Assembly (NCBI GenBank): GCA_963726745.1
Contig: CAVSDR010000004.1
Coordinates: 96,001 to 160,000, forward strand
Source of the DNA: an uncultured Verrucomicrobiae bacterium
Lineage (GTDB): Bacteria; Verrucomicrobiota; Verrucomicrobiia; Chthoniobacterales; UBA10450
Length of the DNA stretch: 64,000 nucleotides
Reading direction: 5' to 3'
The notes beneath the pieces are model-generated. The model was not told where the DNA came from. It ran no database searches and saw nothing but the letters and a program-made list of their open reading frames with translations. A program made the translations under genes and the position numbers. Numbering within the stretch: position 1 is the first letter of the stretch; each line of letters starts with the position of its first letter. Below are positions 32,597 to 41,526 of the stretch, one piece after another.

Positions 32597-32875
32597 ATGA
32601 AAGCTACCTGGAATGAGGCCGTCCTGGCCGAAAGCAACGACACCGTGATCGTGGAGGGGAACCATTATTTCCCAGCCGATTCCCTGCGCCGGGAACATCT
32701 GCGCGCCAGCGCAACGCAGACGGTTTGCCCGTGGAAGGGCACCGCGAGCTATTACGACATCGTCATCGGCGACGCGGTGAACCGAGACGCGGCCTGGTAT
32801 TACTCCGAGCCGAAAGCAGCGGCTGCGGAAATCCAAGGTCGCGTCGCCTTTTGGCGGGGTGTGATCGTGTCGTAA
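32597..32875 (+). CDS. DUF427 domain protein
   Basis: MKATWN, VEGNHYFP, CPWKGTASYY, AAWYY. Confidence 0.92.
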   Translation: MKATWNEAVLAESNDTVIVEGNHYFPADSLRREHLRASATQTVCPWKGTASYYDIVIGDAVNRDAAWYYSEPKAAAAEIQGRVAFWRGVIVS

Positions 32876-32993
32876 CGACCAAAATCCACGGGCGCGCGGA
32901 GGAAAAGCGAGGCCTCATCCAACCTCGCCGCGGGGCAGGCGCGAAGTAATGGTTAGCTCTCTCGGGAGCACAACCCAGCAACCCCTCCTTCCC

Positions 32994-35900
32994 ATGCAAA
33001 CACCCCCCGTGTCTCGCGTCGGCGGCCAGCGTCTCCTTGCTGCCTGCCTCCTCTCCAGCCTGCTCCTCGGCAGCGCCTCGCTCTTCGCCGGTCCAGCGCG
33101 CAGCGCGCCGGATTCCTCCGCCCAAGCCCGCCGCGTCCCGACGCCCGAGGGCAATGTCGGCACGCAGGATGTGGCTGCCTGCTTGAACGCCCCGGTCGTC
33201 GTGGTGACCGATCCCGCGGGCGATCAAGGCGTGGCCAATCCCCCGCAATCCGACATTCTCTCGATCGCCCTCGGAGAGGACTACCGTTACATCGGCTCGC
33301 CGCGGCTAGTGATTGTCCTCAAGGTCGCGAACCTTTCCACCGTCCCGGCGAATGAGTTCTGGCGGGTCCGCTTCACGAACGGCGCGACCACCTACTACGT
33401 CTCGATGATGTCCGACGCGAGCGGCGGAACGAATTTCGAATACGGCACGCAAGCGGGGAACCTCGTCACCACGGTTGGCGGACTGGAGGCGGCATCGTTT
33501 AATGCCGACGGCACCATCACGATGGTGATCGCCCTGAGCAAAATCAGCGCCGGCCCCGGGACCGGACTCACTGCGATCAACGCCGTCACGCAAATGAATG
33601 TCGGTGGCACGCTTTTCCTGGGGCAGGATTCCACCAGCAACGGCACCTACACCGTGGGCAATCAGGCGGCTAGCTGCACGCCCATCCCGCTGCCTACCGG
33701 CGGCACTGCGACCTACCTTAAGGGCGGGATCACCTTCAGCCCCAGCTATGCTTTGCGCGCGCCCTACATCGGGCAGGATGTCGAGCCGAGCATTCGCACG
33801 GATAAGTTTGGCAACACCTACGTCGCCCCGATTCGCGGCGTTCCGGCCGGGACCGACCTCTTCTACTTCGACCTGCGGCCAACCGTCGGCGGCAATCCCA
33901 ACCCGAACTACGATCCCCTCATGCGGAACCCGCAATATCGCGGGCAACCGGACTCGATCACCGGTTCGCAAGACGTGGTCGTGGGCGGAGATGGCGGGGG
34001 CGATGTCGACATGGCGGTCGCCTTTCCGACCGAAGCGGTGGAGAACCCGGCGACGCCGCCAGCCTTGGCCTACAGCAGCCTGGTGCTGGCAAATATCTCG
34101 TCGCAGCGCTCGACCGATCGCGGCGCGACCTTCCTGAAAAATCCCTCGGGCAATGTCACCGGCGGCATTCCCGGGGATGACCGCCAATGGATGGAATTTT
34201 TCGGCAGCCAGTATTGTTACCTGATCTACCGCACGCTCGCGCCCGCCGTCGCGCAGGTGCAGCGCTCGGTCGACATGGGCCTCACTTACGGCAACACCAC
34301 CGTGGTCGGAACCATTGGGCAGGTCGGCGGCGTGGACGTGGATCAAAACGACGGCACGGTTTACCTGAGCGGGAGCAACGGCGTGGTCGCGGTCGGCATT
34401 CCGCCGGTCCCAGGGCCTCCGGGGCCGACCAGCCTTCCGCCGGCGAGTTACACGGTGCACAACGTTGCTGGCACCGGGAACGCGCACCTCTTCTTCACCG
34501 TGAAAGTCGCGAGCGACGGGACGGTTTACGCCTGCTACTCCAACGACCACGACATCTATATTAAGTTCTCGCAGGACAAGGGGAACACTTGGTCGCCTGC
34601 GATCCGCGTGAGCGACGGAATGGAGACTTTGACTGCGGTGTTCCCATGGCTGGAAACTGGGCCTACCCCCGGCACCATCGGCGTCGTCTGGTATGGCAGC
34701 GACAAGGCGACGACCGGCGACGATAGCGCCAACTGGCATGTCTTCTACGCCCTGGGCACCAATGTCCTCACAGCGCCGGTCTTCCGGCAGGCGGAAGCCG
34801 GCGATCATGTGATCCACGGCGCGAATATTTCCGAAGCCGGCTTGGTGGTCGGTGGGATGTCGCCGAATCGCAATCTTGCTGACTACTTCCAGATCTCCTT
34901 CGATCCTACGGGCGCAGCGGTGATCGCTTTTTGCGATGATCACAATGACATCAGCGGCCATACTTACGTGACCCGGCAGATCAGCGGGCCTGGAGTCAAC
35001 AATGGCGCCGCCGTTCCGACACCGGTCGAGGGTAGCGCGCTCCCCGGACCGGCCTATGAGCCGCTCCCGACTGCGGCAAGCGTCGGCGGCATTCCCGGCT
35101 CTCAAGTGACCGATTTCCGGCACGACGTGCGCACCGGCGGCAATCCCCAGACTGGCGGCATCGTCGTTCTGGCAGCGGACGACGCGACCGATATTCTCTC
35201 GGTGCTTTATTCAACCGAAGGGACCAGCGTCGCGCCTGTTTTGGTCGCAACCATGGCTGTCTCCGATCTCACCGCGATCCCCCCAACAACCAACTGGCGC
35301 ATCCATTTTGCCGCTAATGTTCCGGAATCGATCCTGAGTCCCACCGGCGAATACACTTTCGGCATCTCCGATCGGGGCGACCAATTTTACCTCCGTGCGA
35401 GCACCGATAGCGCGGGCGCGCAGACCTTTGTCTACGGCAAGGCGGTGCGGAATTTTGACGGCAGCATCACCTACACGGATCTGGGCGCGGCCGACAGCGG
35501 CGCCTTCGATCAAACCGCCAAGACGATCACCATGAAAGTCGCTGTCAGTAAGCTGAACGCCGCTCTTCCCAGCGGGCACAGCCCGCTGGCTCTCGGATCA
35601 ATCCTCGCCGGCCTGCGCGCGACCACTTACACCACGGCACAAGGCAGTGGCAATAATCGCACCGACACCGCGCGCGGCGGCACCCAATATCCGCTGAGCT
35701 TCCCAGTCCAGCCGGTTAGCGCCGCTTCCGTGAAGTCTCACACCGGCGGGGTGAACTACAGCATCGACCTGCCATTGACGGGCCCGCCGGGAATTGAATG
35801 CCGCCGCGGCGGCAGCACCGGCGACTACACCGTGGTCGTCACCTACCCGGAGAACCTAACGAGTGTAACCGGCGCCAGCGTCACTTCCGGTGTAGGCAAA

Positions 35901-36221
35901 GTCACCAGCGGCGCAGTCGGCAGCGATCCTCATACCTATGTGGTCAACCTCACGGGCGTCACCACCAACCAGGTGGTCAATATCGGGCTGCATAACGTCG
36001 CCGATGCCACCGGCCGCTTTAGCAGCTTGAACACGATCCCGCTGCGCGTCCTTGTAGGCGACACCAACGGCGATGGTTTCGTCAATGCGGGCGACACCAC
36101 GCAGACGCGCGATCGCTCCGGGCAGTTGGTTAGCCCCACGAACTTCCGCTCCGATGTGAACACCGACGGCGTGATCAACAGCGGCGATAGCACGATCGTG
36201 CGGAATAACGCCGGCGGCTAG
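32994..36221 (+). CDS. Large secreted protein: beta-propeller with BNR/Asp-box repeats and a C-terminal Ig-like + dockerin type I module
   Basis: Signal region; STDRGATF, SVDMGLTY, SQDKGNTW Asp-boxes; GDTNGDGFVNAGD and DVNTDGVINSGD dockerin Ca-loops. Confidence 0.8.
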   Translation: MQTPPVSRVGGQRLLAACLLSSLLLGSASLFAGPARSAPDSSAQARRVPTPEGNVGTQDVAACLNAPVVVVTDPAGDQGVANPPQSDILSIALGEDYRYIGSPRLVIVLKVANLSTVPANEFWRVRFTNGATTYYVSMMSDASGGTNFEYGTQAGNLVTTVGGLEAASFNADGTITMVIALSKISAGPGTGLTAINAVTQMNVGGTLFLGQDSTSNGTYTVGNQAASCTPIPLPTGGTATYLKGGITFSPSYALRAPYIGQDVEPSIRTDKFGNTYVAPIRGVPAGTDLFYFDLRPTVGGNPNPNYDPLMRNPQYRGQPDSITGSQDVVVGGDGGGDVDMAVAFPTEAVENPATPPALAYSSLVLANISSQRSTDRGATFLKNPSGNVTGGIPGDDRQWMEFFGSQYCYLIYRTLAPAVAQVQRSVDMGLTYGNTTVVGTIGQVGGVDVDQNDGTVYLSGSNGVVAVGIPPVPGPPGPTSLPPASYTVHNVAGTGNAHLFFTVKVASDGTVYACYSNDHDIYIKFSQDKGNTWSPAIRVSDGMETLTAVFPWLETGPTPGTIGVVWYGSDKATTGDDSANWHVFYALGTNVLTAPVFRQAEAGDHVIHGANISEAGLVVGGMSPNRNLADYFQISFDPTGAAVIAFCDDHNDISGHTYVTRQISGPGVNNGAAVPTPVEGSALPGPAYEPLPTAASVGGIPGSQVTDFRHDVRTGGNPQTGGIVVLAADDATDILSVLYSTEGTSVAPVLVATMAVSDLTAIPPTTNWRIHFAANVPESILSPTGEYTFGISDRGDQFYLRASTDSAGAQTFVYGKAVRNFDGSITYTDLGAADSGAFDQTAKTITMKVAVSKLNAALPSGHSPLALGSILAGLRATTYTTAQGSGNNRTDTARGGTQYPLSFPVQPVSAASVKSHTGGVNYSIDLPLTGPPGIECRRGGSTGDYTVVVTYPENLTSVTGASVTSGVGKVTSGAVGSDPHTYVVNLTGVTTNQVVNIGLHNVADATGRFSSLNTIPLRVLVGDTNGDGFVNAGDTTQTRDRSGQLVSPTNFRSDVNTDGVINSGDSTIVRNNAGG

Positions 36222-37798
36222 TGCGCTGCGATCGGGCCGACCGGTCGGCGAACCTTCTTGAAGAGCAGCACCAGCGGCGCGCTTAGCAGGCAGGTCAGCG
36301 CGAAGAGCTGGAAGTTCTGCACGTAGCTAACGAGTGCTGCCTGTTGCTGGAGCAGGCCGTAGAGCACCCGCGGCGCCTGTTGCATCGCCTGCCAGTCGCC
36401 GCCGCTCCGGGCCAGCGCGGCGTGCGCCTGTTGCAGGCGCTCCTGCACCAGCGGGTTAAACGGCGACAGGTGCGACGAAAGGATCGCCTGGTTCGCCTGC
36501 GCCCCACGCGCCACCAAGGTCGTGATCATGGCAATGCCAACGCTCCCGCCAACGTTGCGCATGAGATTGAAGATACCGGAAGCGTTCCCGATTTGCTCCT
36601 GCGAGAGCGTCCCCATGGTAGCCGTGGTCAACGGAACGAAGATCAAACTAATCGCCACCCCGCTGATGATGATCGGGATGATGATGCTGCTCATGCCGAT
36701 GTTGAGATTGATTTTCCCAAGCATGAAACAGGCGTAGCCCAGCAGGAGAAAACCGGCCCCGATGAGCATGCGGCTGCTGACTTTGCCGACGAGACGGCCG
36801 ACGATCAAAGTCATGAGCAGAGCCCCGATGCCGCGCGGGCTCATGGCAATGCCGGCTTCAAGCGCGGTGTAGTGCAGCAGGTTTTGCATGAAGAGCGGGA
36901 GGATCGCGGTCGTTCCGTAAAGCAACGCGCCCAGCAGTAGGATCAACGCGGAGCCGACTGCGAAATTGCGATTTCGGAGCACGCGCAGGTCGACGATCGG
37001 GAACTTCGTCTTCAACTCGCGCACGAGGAAGCCGATGAACGCCGCTCCCGAAATCACCGCGCACCAAACGATCGTCCGCGAGCTGAACCAATCGAGCTCC
37101 TGGCCCTTATCGAGCAGGTATTGCAATGTCGCCAGCCAGATGCCGAGCAGGCCGAAGCCGACATAATCGATGTTCGTCGCCGAGATCCGCTTCAAATAAG
37201 CCGGGTCTTCCACGACCGCGTTCGCCATCAGGACCGCGAGCGCGCCGATCGGCAGGTTAATGTAAAAGATCCAGCGCCAGGAATAATTGTCCGTGATCCA
37301 GCCGCCTAAAGTCGGGCCGAGGATCGGCGCCACGACCACGCCCATGGCGAAGACCGCCATCGCCGCGCCCCGTTTTTGCGGCGGGAAACTCTCGAGCAAA
37401 ATAGCCTGCGAAATCGGCTGGAGCGCACCGCCGCCCGCGCCCTGGAGGACGCGCGCGAGGATGAGAAACCCGAGGCTGCCGGCCACCCCGCAGAGCGCCG
37501 AGGCAAAAGTAAACAGCAAGATGCAACCGATGAGGAACCGCTTCCGCCCGAAGAGTTGCCCGAGCCAGTTGGTCGCCGGGAGAATGATCGCATTCGCCAC
37601 CAGGTAGCTGGTTAAAACCCACGTCGCCTCATCGGTCGAGGCCGAGAGATTGCCGGCAATATGCGGCAGCGAAACGTTGGCCACCGAGGTGTCGAGCACC
37701 TCCATGAACGTCGCCAGCATGACCGCGATCGCGATCAGCCAGGGATTGTGCGCCGGAGGCGCCCACGGCGGCGCGGCACTGGAGGCGTTTGCCGCCAT
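36218..37798 (-). CDS. DHA2 family MFS efflux permease (EmrB-like)
   Basis: FMEVLDTSVANV, WVLTSYLVANA, WRWIFYINLPIG; about 14 TMs. Confidence 0.93.
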   Translation of the reverse strand: MAANASSAAPPWAPPAHNPWLIAIAVMLATFMEVLDTSVANVSLPHIAGNLSASTDEATWVLTSYLVANAIILPATNWLGQLFGRKRFLIGCILLFTFASALCGVAGSLGFLILARVLQGAGGGALQPISQAILLESFPPQKRGAAMAVFAMGVVVAPILGPTLGGWITDNYSWRWIFYINLPIGALAVLMANAVVEDPAYLKRISATNIDYVGFGLLGIWLATLQYLLDKGQELDWFSSRTIVWCAVISGAAFIGFLVRELKTKFPIVDLRVLRNRNFAVGSALILLLGALLYGTTAILPLFMQNLLHYTALEAGIAMSPRGIGALLMTLIVGRLVGKVSSRMLIGAGFLLLGYACFMLGKINLNIGMSSIIIPIIISGVAISLIFVPLTTATMGTLSQEQIGNASGIFNLMRNVGGSVGIAMITTLVARGAQANQAILSSHLSPFNPLVQERLQQAHAALARSGGDWQAMQQAPRVLYGLLQQQAALVSYVQNFQLFALTCLLSAPLVLLFKKVRRPVGPIAAH

Positions 37799-39055
37799 TT
37801 AATGCGCACGCCCGACGCGCCCCAACCAAAGACCCGCGCCGATCACCACCGCGGCGATGGCCACAAACGCGATCCCCGCGACCACCAGCACCACACCCAT
37901 CCCGTCGCCTATTTTCACGTCCGGGACCGCAGACATTCCCGGCCCGAGCACACGCCCGATCTCCGGTTGATCGTCGAAGACGATCTTCACCGGCACGCGC
38001 TGGACGACTTTCACGAAATTCCCGGTCGCATTCTCCGCCGGGAGCAAACTAAAACGCGCCCCGCTGCCGGCCTGGATGCTCTCCACGTGCCCGCGAAATT
38101 CCTGCGCCGGGTAGGCGTCGACCGCGATCGTGGCCGGCTGCCCGGCGCGAATGTTCGCGAGTTGCGTTTCTTTGAAATTCGCGGTCACCCAGCGTTGCGG
38201 CGTCACCAGCGCGAGCAGGTTTTGCCCCACTTGCACATAGGCGCCGGCCTCCACCGCTTTTGTGGTCACACGCCCGTCTTCCGGCGCGGTGAGAGTCGCG
38301 TATGACGATTGCAATTCCGCCTGTCGCGCGGCCGCCTCAGCTTCCGTCACTCCGGCCTTCGCCGCGTCCACCTGCACGTGCGCGGCCTCGGCCTGCTTCT
38401 CCGCTTCCTTCAAGAACGCCGCGGCCGCATCCATCTGCTTTTTCTTCGCGCTCAGAGTCGATTGCGAGGCCTCGAGGTCGATCGATGAGTGCTCAAAGTC
38501 CTGCCGCGAGATCGCGCCGCTCGCGATCAGTTCCTGGTTCCGCTGGAGATCGCCGCGCTGCTTCTTTGTGTCCGCCGCAGCCGCATCGGTGCTCGCGCCG
38601 GCCGCTTCGTAACCGGCATGCAGGGTCTGCAGGTGCGCGTCCGCCTGCTCGGCACCGGCGACGGCATTGCGCTCCTTGGCCTTCGCTACCTCGACCGCGG
38701 CGCGGCGTTGCGCGAGCGTCGCCTCCGCATCCGCGGGATCGATCTCCACCAGCGGGTCGCCCCGTTTCACTTCCTGGTTGTCGCCCACCTGCACCGCGGT
38801 CACGCGCCCGGCAATCTTCGGCGCGATCGCAATGATGTGTCCGTCGATGAAAGCGTCGTCTGTCGACTCGTGAGTGAAGGAATGGACGAGCGCAAACGCC
38901 CCGCAAACGATTCCCACCACAAGTAAGGTCGCGGCCACGAGCACAAGCCACGGCCGATGAAACAACGGCACCTTCCCGGCCGGCGCGGGCGTTTCCGCGA
39001 GTGGCCGGCGGTTCTTCTCCGCCGGAGCTTCCACGGTTGTTTCGAGCACGCTCAT
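37799..39055 (-). CDS. HlyD/EmrA family periplasmic adaptor
   Basis: ESTDDAFI, ANFKETQL, FSLLPAENATGNFVKVVQRVPVKI. Confidence 0.93.
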   Translation of the reverse strand: MSVLETTVEAPAEKNRRPLAETPAPAGKVPLFHRPWLVLVAATLLVVGIVCGAFALVHSFTHESTDDAFIDGHIIAIAPKIAGRVTAVQVGDNQEVKRGDPLVEIDPADAEATLAQRRAAVEVAKAKERNAVAGAEQADAHLQTLHAGYEAAGASTDAAAADTKKQRGDLQRNQELIASGAISRQDFEHSSIDLEASQSTLSAKKKQMDAAAAFLKEAEKQAEAAHVQVDAAKAGVTEAEAAARQAELQSSYATLTAPEDGRVTTKAVEAGAYVQVGQNLLALVTPQRWVTANFKETQLANIRAGQPATIAVDAYPAQEFRGHVESIQAGSGARFSLLPAENATGNFVKVVQRVPVKIVFDDQPEIGRVLGPGMSAVPDVKIGDGMGVVLVVAGIAFVAIAAVVIGAGLWLGRVGRAH

Positions 39056-39711
39056 TTGGCTTTTCCCTTCACTCCCGCAGTCAATCCGGCGGCGCAAAAT
39101 TCGATCATTCTTCCCAAGGTCTTCTCCACCTCGAGCACGCGACAGCGGCGGCCCGAGGACAACTCCAGCACCCGTCCGTGGGCCACGGTGTGCAGGAAAA
39201 CGCCGTGGGCAAAATGCAGCCGCCAGTGAACTTCATCGCTCGAGAGATACGGCAAGGCGCGTCGGATGGCCGCGTGGAAACGCCGATTTTTTTCCGCGAA
39301 TTCCTCCACCACCAGCGGCTCCAGCAGATCGCCCGGCTCCGATAATATTTGCCCGAGCAAGCGAATGAAAAAGCGGCCGCTCTTCGCCCCGCGCAGCGCC
39401 AACTCGGTCGGCGGGCGAAAGAGCGCCTCGAGAATTTTCTCCACCGGCAGCGCCTGCCCCCCGGCCGCCGCCTCGAAGCGGTCGAGCAGCGCCAGGCGTT
39501 GCGCATTCAACGGCTGCATCCGCCGGCGCAGGACCGCCAGGATAAGCGCATCCTTCGATTCGAAATGGTAGTTCACCGCGCCGAGGTTGGCCGCGGCCGC
39601 GCTCGTGATCGCGCGCAGCGAAGTGGCGCGAAAACCATGGGCTGCGAAGAGGCGCTCGGCTGCGTCGAGCACCGCGCGCTTCGTTTGGGGCTTCTCGCTC
39701 AGGACCGGCAT
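39052..39711 (-). CDS. TetR/AcrR family regulator
   Basis: LDAAERLFAAHGF...VNYHFESKDAL HTH. Confidence 0.93.
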   Translation of the reverse strand: MPVLSEKPQTKRAVLDAAERLFAAHGFRATSLRAITSAAAANLGAVNYHFESKDALILAVLRRRMQPLNAQRLALLDRFEAAAGGQALPVEKILEALFRPPTELALRGAKSGRFFIRLLGQILSEPGDLLEPLVVEEFAEKNRRFHAAIRRALPYLSSDEVHWRLHFAHGVFLHTVAHGRVLELSSGRRCRVLEVEKTLGRMIEFCAAGLTAGVKGKAK

Positions 39712-39725
39712 CAGGGCGCAGCCTA

Positions 39726-39745
39726 ATTCATACGTTCGTATGAAT
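39726..39745. promoter_or_regulatory. Probable TetR operator
   Basis: Perfect 9-bp inverted repeat ATTCATACG-TT-CGTATGAAT about 15 bp upstream of the tetR start. Confidence 0.75.
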
Positions 39746-39792
39746 CAAATCCGGCCAAAGCGCCGCCCCGCTGCCTTCGTGCTCCCGCGGCA

Positions 39793-41388
39793 TTAGCCGG
39801 CCGCTTCGCCCGCGCGCACTGTTGCCAGCACTTTCTGCGCGGCGTTATGCCCCGGGATGCCGCTGACCGCCCCGCCCCGGCGCGCGCTCGAGCCGCACAG
39901 GAAAAGATTCCGCCACTCCGTTTCCACGCCCCAGGTGCCCGCTTCCTCCGGCTTTTCCGCAAAGGGAAAGCTGGGCGCATCCTGGAAGATATTCCCGTGG
40001 TAAAGCCCTAACGAGTCCTCCAGGTCGACCGGGCTCTTGCTTTCGAGGCAGAGGCTGCGGTCGCGCGCTTCCGCGAGGCAACTCTCGAGCGGTTCCTCCA
40101 GCCACTGGTCCATGCTCGCGAGGAAGCGCCGTTCCGCCAGCCGCCGCTGGTGGACGTTGTCGCGCGCAAACAGGCTCCAGGGCGTATCCAGCCCGAAGAG
40201 CGTGAGCGTGTGGAAGCCCTGCGCGCGCAGCTCCGGCGAGAGGATGCTGTCGTCCGTGAGCGTGTGGCAATAGACCTCGCCCGGCGGACGCTCCGGCAGG
40301 CGCCCTTTGGCCGCCTGCTCGTAACTCTGGTTCATCTGCTCGTAGCCTTCGTCCGTGTGGAAGGTGCCGCCAAAAGCTTCCTCCGCGGAATAGCCGGCAG
40401 CCTTCAGCTTCGGCAGCCGCCGCAGGAGCATGTTCATCTTGAAGACCGAGCCCTCATCCTCCGCCGCCGGCTGGTAGGGACGGCCGATGAATTTTGCCAG
40501 CACATTGCGGCCGAAGTTTACCAGGAGGAAGCGAGCCTCGACCGTCTGCTGCTGGCCTCGATGGAGGAATTCCACCGCATGCTTCCCGCCATTCACGTGC
40601 AAGCGCTGGAGCGCGATGCTCGTCTCCATCTCCGCGCCCGCCGCGCGCGCGACCCGCTCCAGCTCGCCCGCGACCGCGCCCATCCCGCCGACCGGCACCT
40701 TCCACTCGCCGGTCTTGTTCCCGATCAGGTGATAGAGGAAGCAGCGATTTTGCAGGAGCGAAGGATCGTGCGGATGCGTGAAGACGCCGATCTTCGCGTC
40801 CGTCAGCACCAGTCCGCGGACGAGATCGTCTTGCAGGTAGTGCTCGATCGCGCGCCCGAGCGGTTCCTCCGCCAAAGCTCGCCAGGCGGCGCGCGTTTCG
40901 TCGTTCGCAGCGAAGCGGCGCTCGCAATCCTCCCGCGAAACGAGCGGCTCGAGCAGGCCATCCCAGGTCTGTTCGGCGAAGAGCGCGACCAGCCGGTAAA
41001 AGCGCTTGAGCTGCTCGAACTCGGTCTGGTTGCCGGTGAGCTGATGCATCGAGTGCGCGCTCGCGCTTTCCGAGACGTTGCTCAGGAGCAAACCGGCGTG
41101 TTTGCCGTGACGCACATACGGAGTGAACGATCCGACCGTGCGCCGGCGCAATTCCAGGCGCAGCCCGAGGTCGCGGATGATCTTTTCCGGGAAGAGACTA
41201 ACGAGATACGAATAACGCGAGAGCCAGGCGTCGTAATCGCGGAAAACCTGCTGCGAAGTCGTCGCGCCGCCGAGGTAATCGTTCTTCTCCAGCAACAGCA
41301 CGCTCAAGCCGGCGCGCGCGAGATAAGCCGCGGCGACCAGGCCGTTGTGGCCGGCGCCGAGGATAACGACGTCGTAGTTTGTTCTCAT
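39793..41388 (-). CDS. Phytoene desaturase-like NAD(P)/FAD oxidoreductase
   Basis: GAGHNGLVAAAYL Rossmann motif, GGMGAV, GAVSGIPGHNAA. Confidence 0.9.
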   Translation of the reverse strand: MRTNYDVVILGAGHNGLVAAAYLARAGLSVLLLEKNDYLGGATTSQQVFRDYDAWLSRYSYLVSLFPEKIIRDLGLRLELRRRTVGSFTPYVRHGKHAGLLLSNVSESASAHSMHQLTGNQTEFEQLKRFYRLVALFAEQTWDGLLEPLVSREDCERRFAANDETRAAWRALAEEPLGRAIEHYLQDDLVRGLVLTDAKIGVFTHPHDPSLLQNRCFLYHLIGNKTGEWKVPVGGMGAVAGELERVARAAGAEMETSIALQRLHVNGGKHAVEFLHRGQQQTVEARFLLVNFGRNVLAKFIGRPYQPAAEDEGSVFKMNMLLRRLPKLKAAGYSAEEAFGGTFHTDEGYEQMNQSYEQAAKGRLPERPPGEVYCHTLTDDSILSPELRAQGFHTLTLFGLDTPWSLFARDNVHQRRLAERRFLASMDQWLEEPLESCLAEARDRSLCLESKSPVDLEDSLGLYHGNIFQDAPSFPFAEKPEEAGTWGVETEWRNLFLCGSSARRGGAVSGIPGHNAAQKVLATVRAGEAAG

Positions 41389-41526
41389 GGCCGTGGGAGC
41401 AGCCCACCTGCATACGCAGCGGCGCGCGCCGCGGCCAGAAAAACCCGGACCCGCCGCGGGAATTGACCGCGCGCAGGCGATCTGATATCCCTGCGGTTCG
41501 GCAGCGATATTGAAAAGGAGGTTCCC

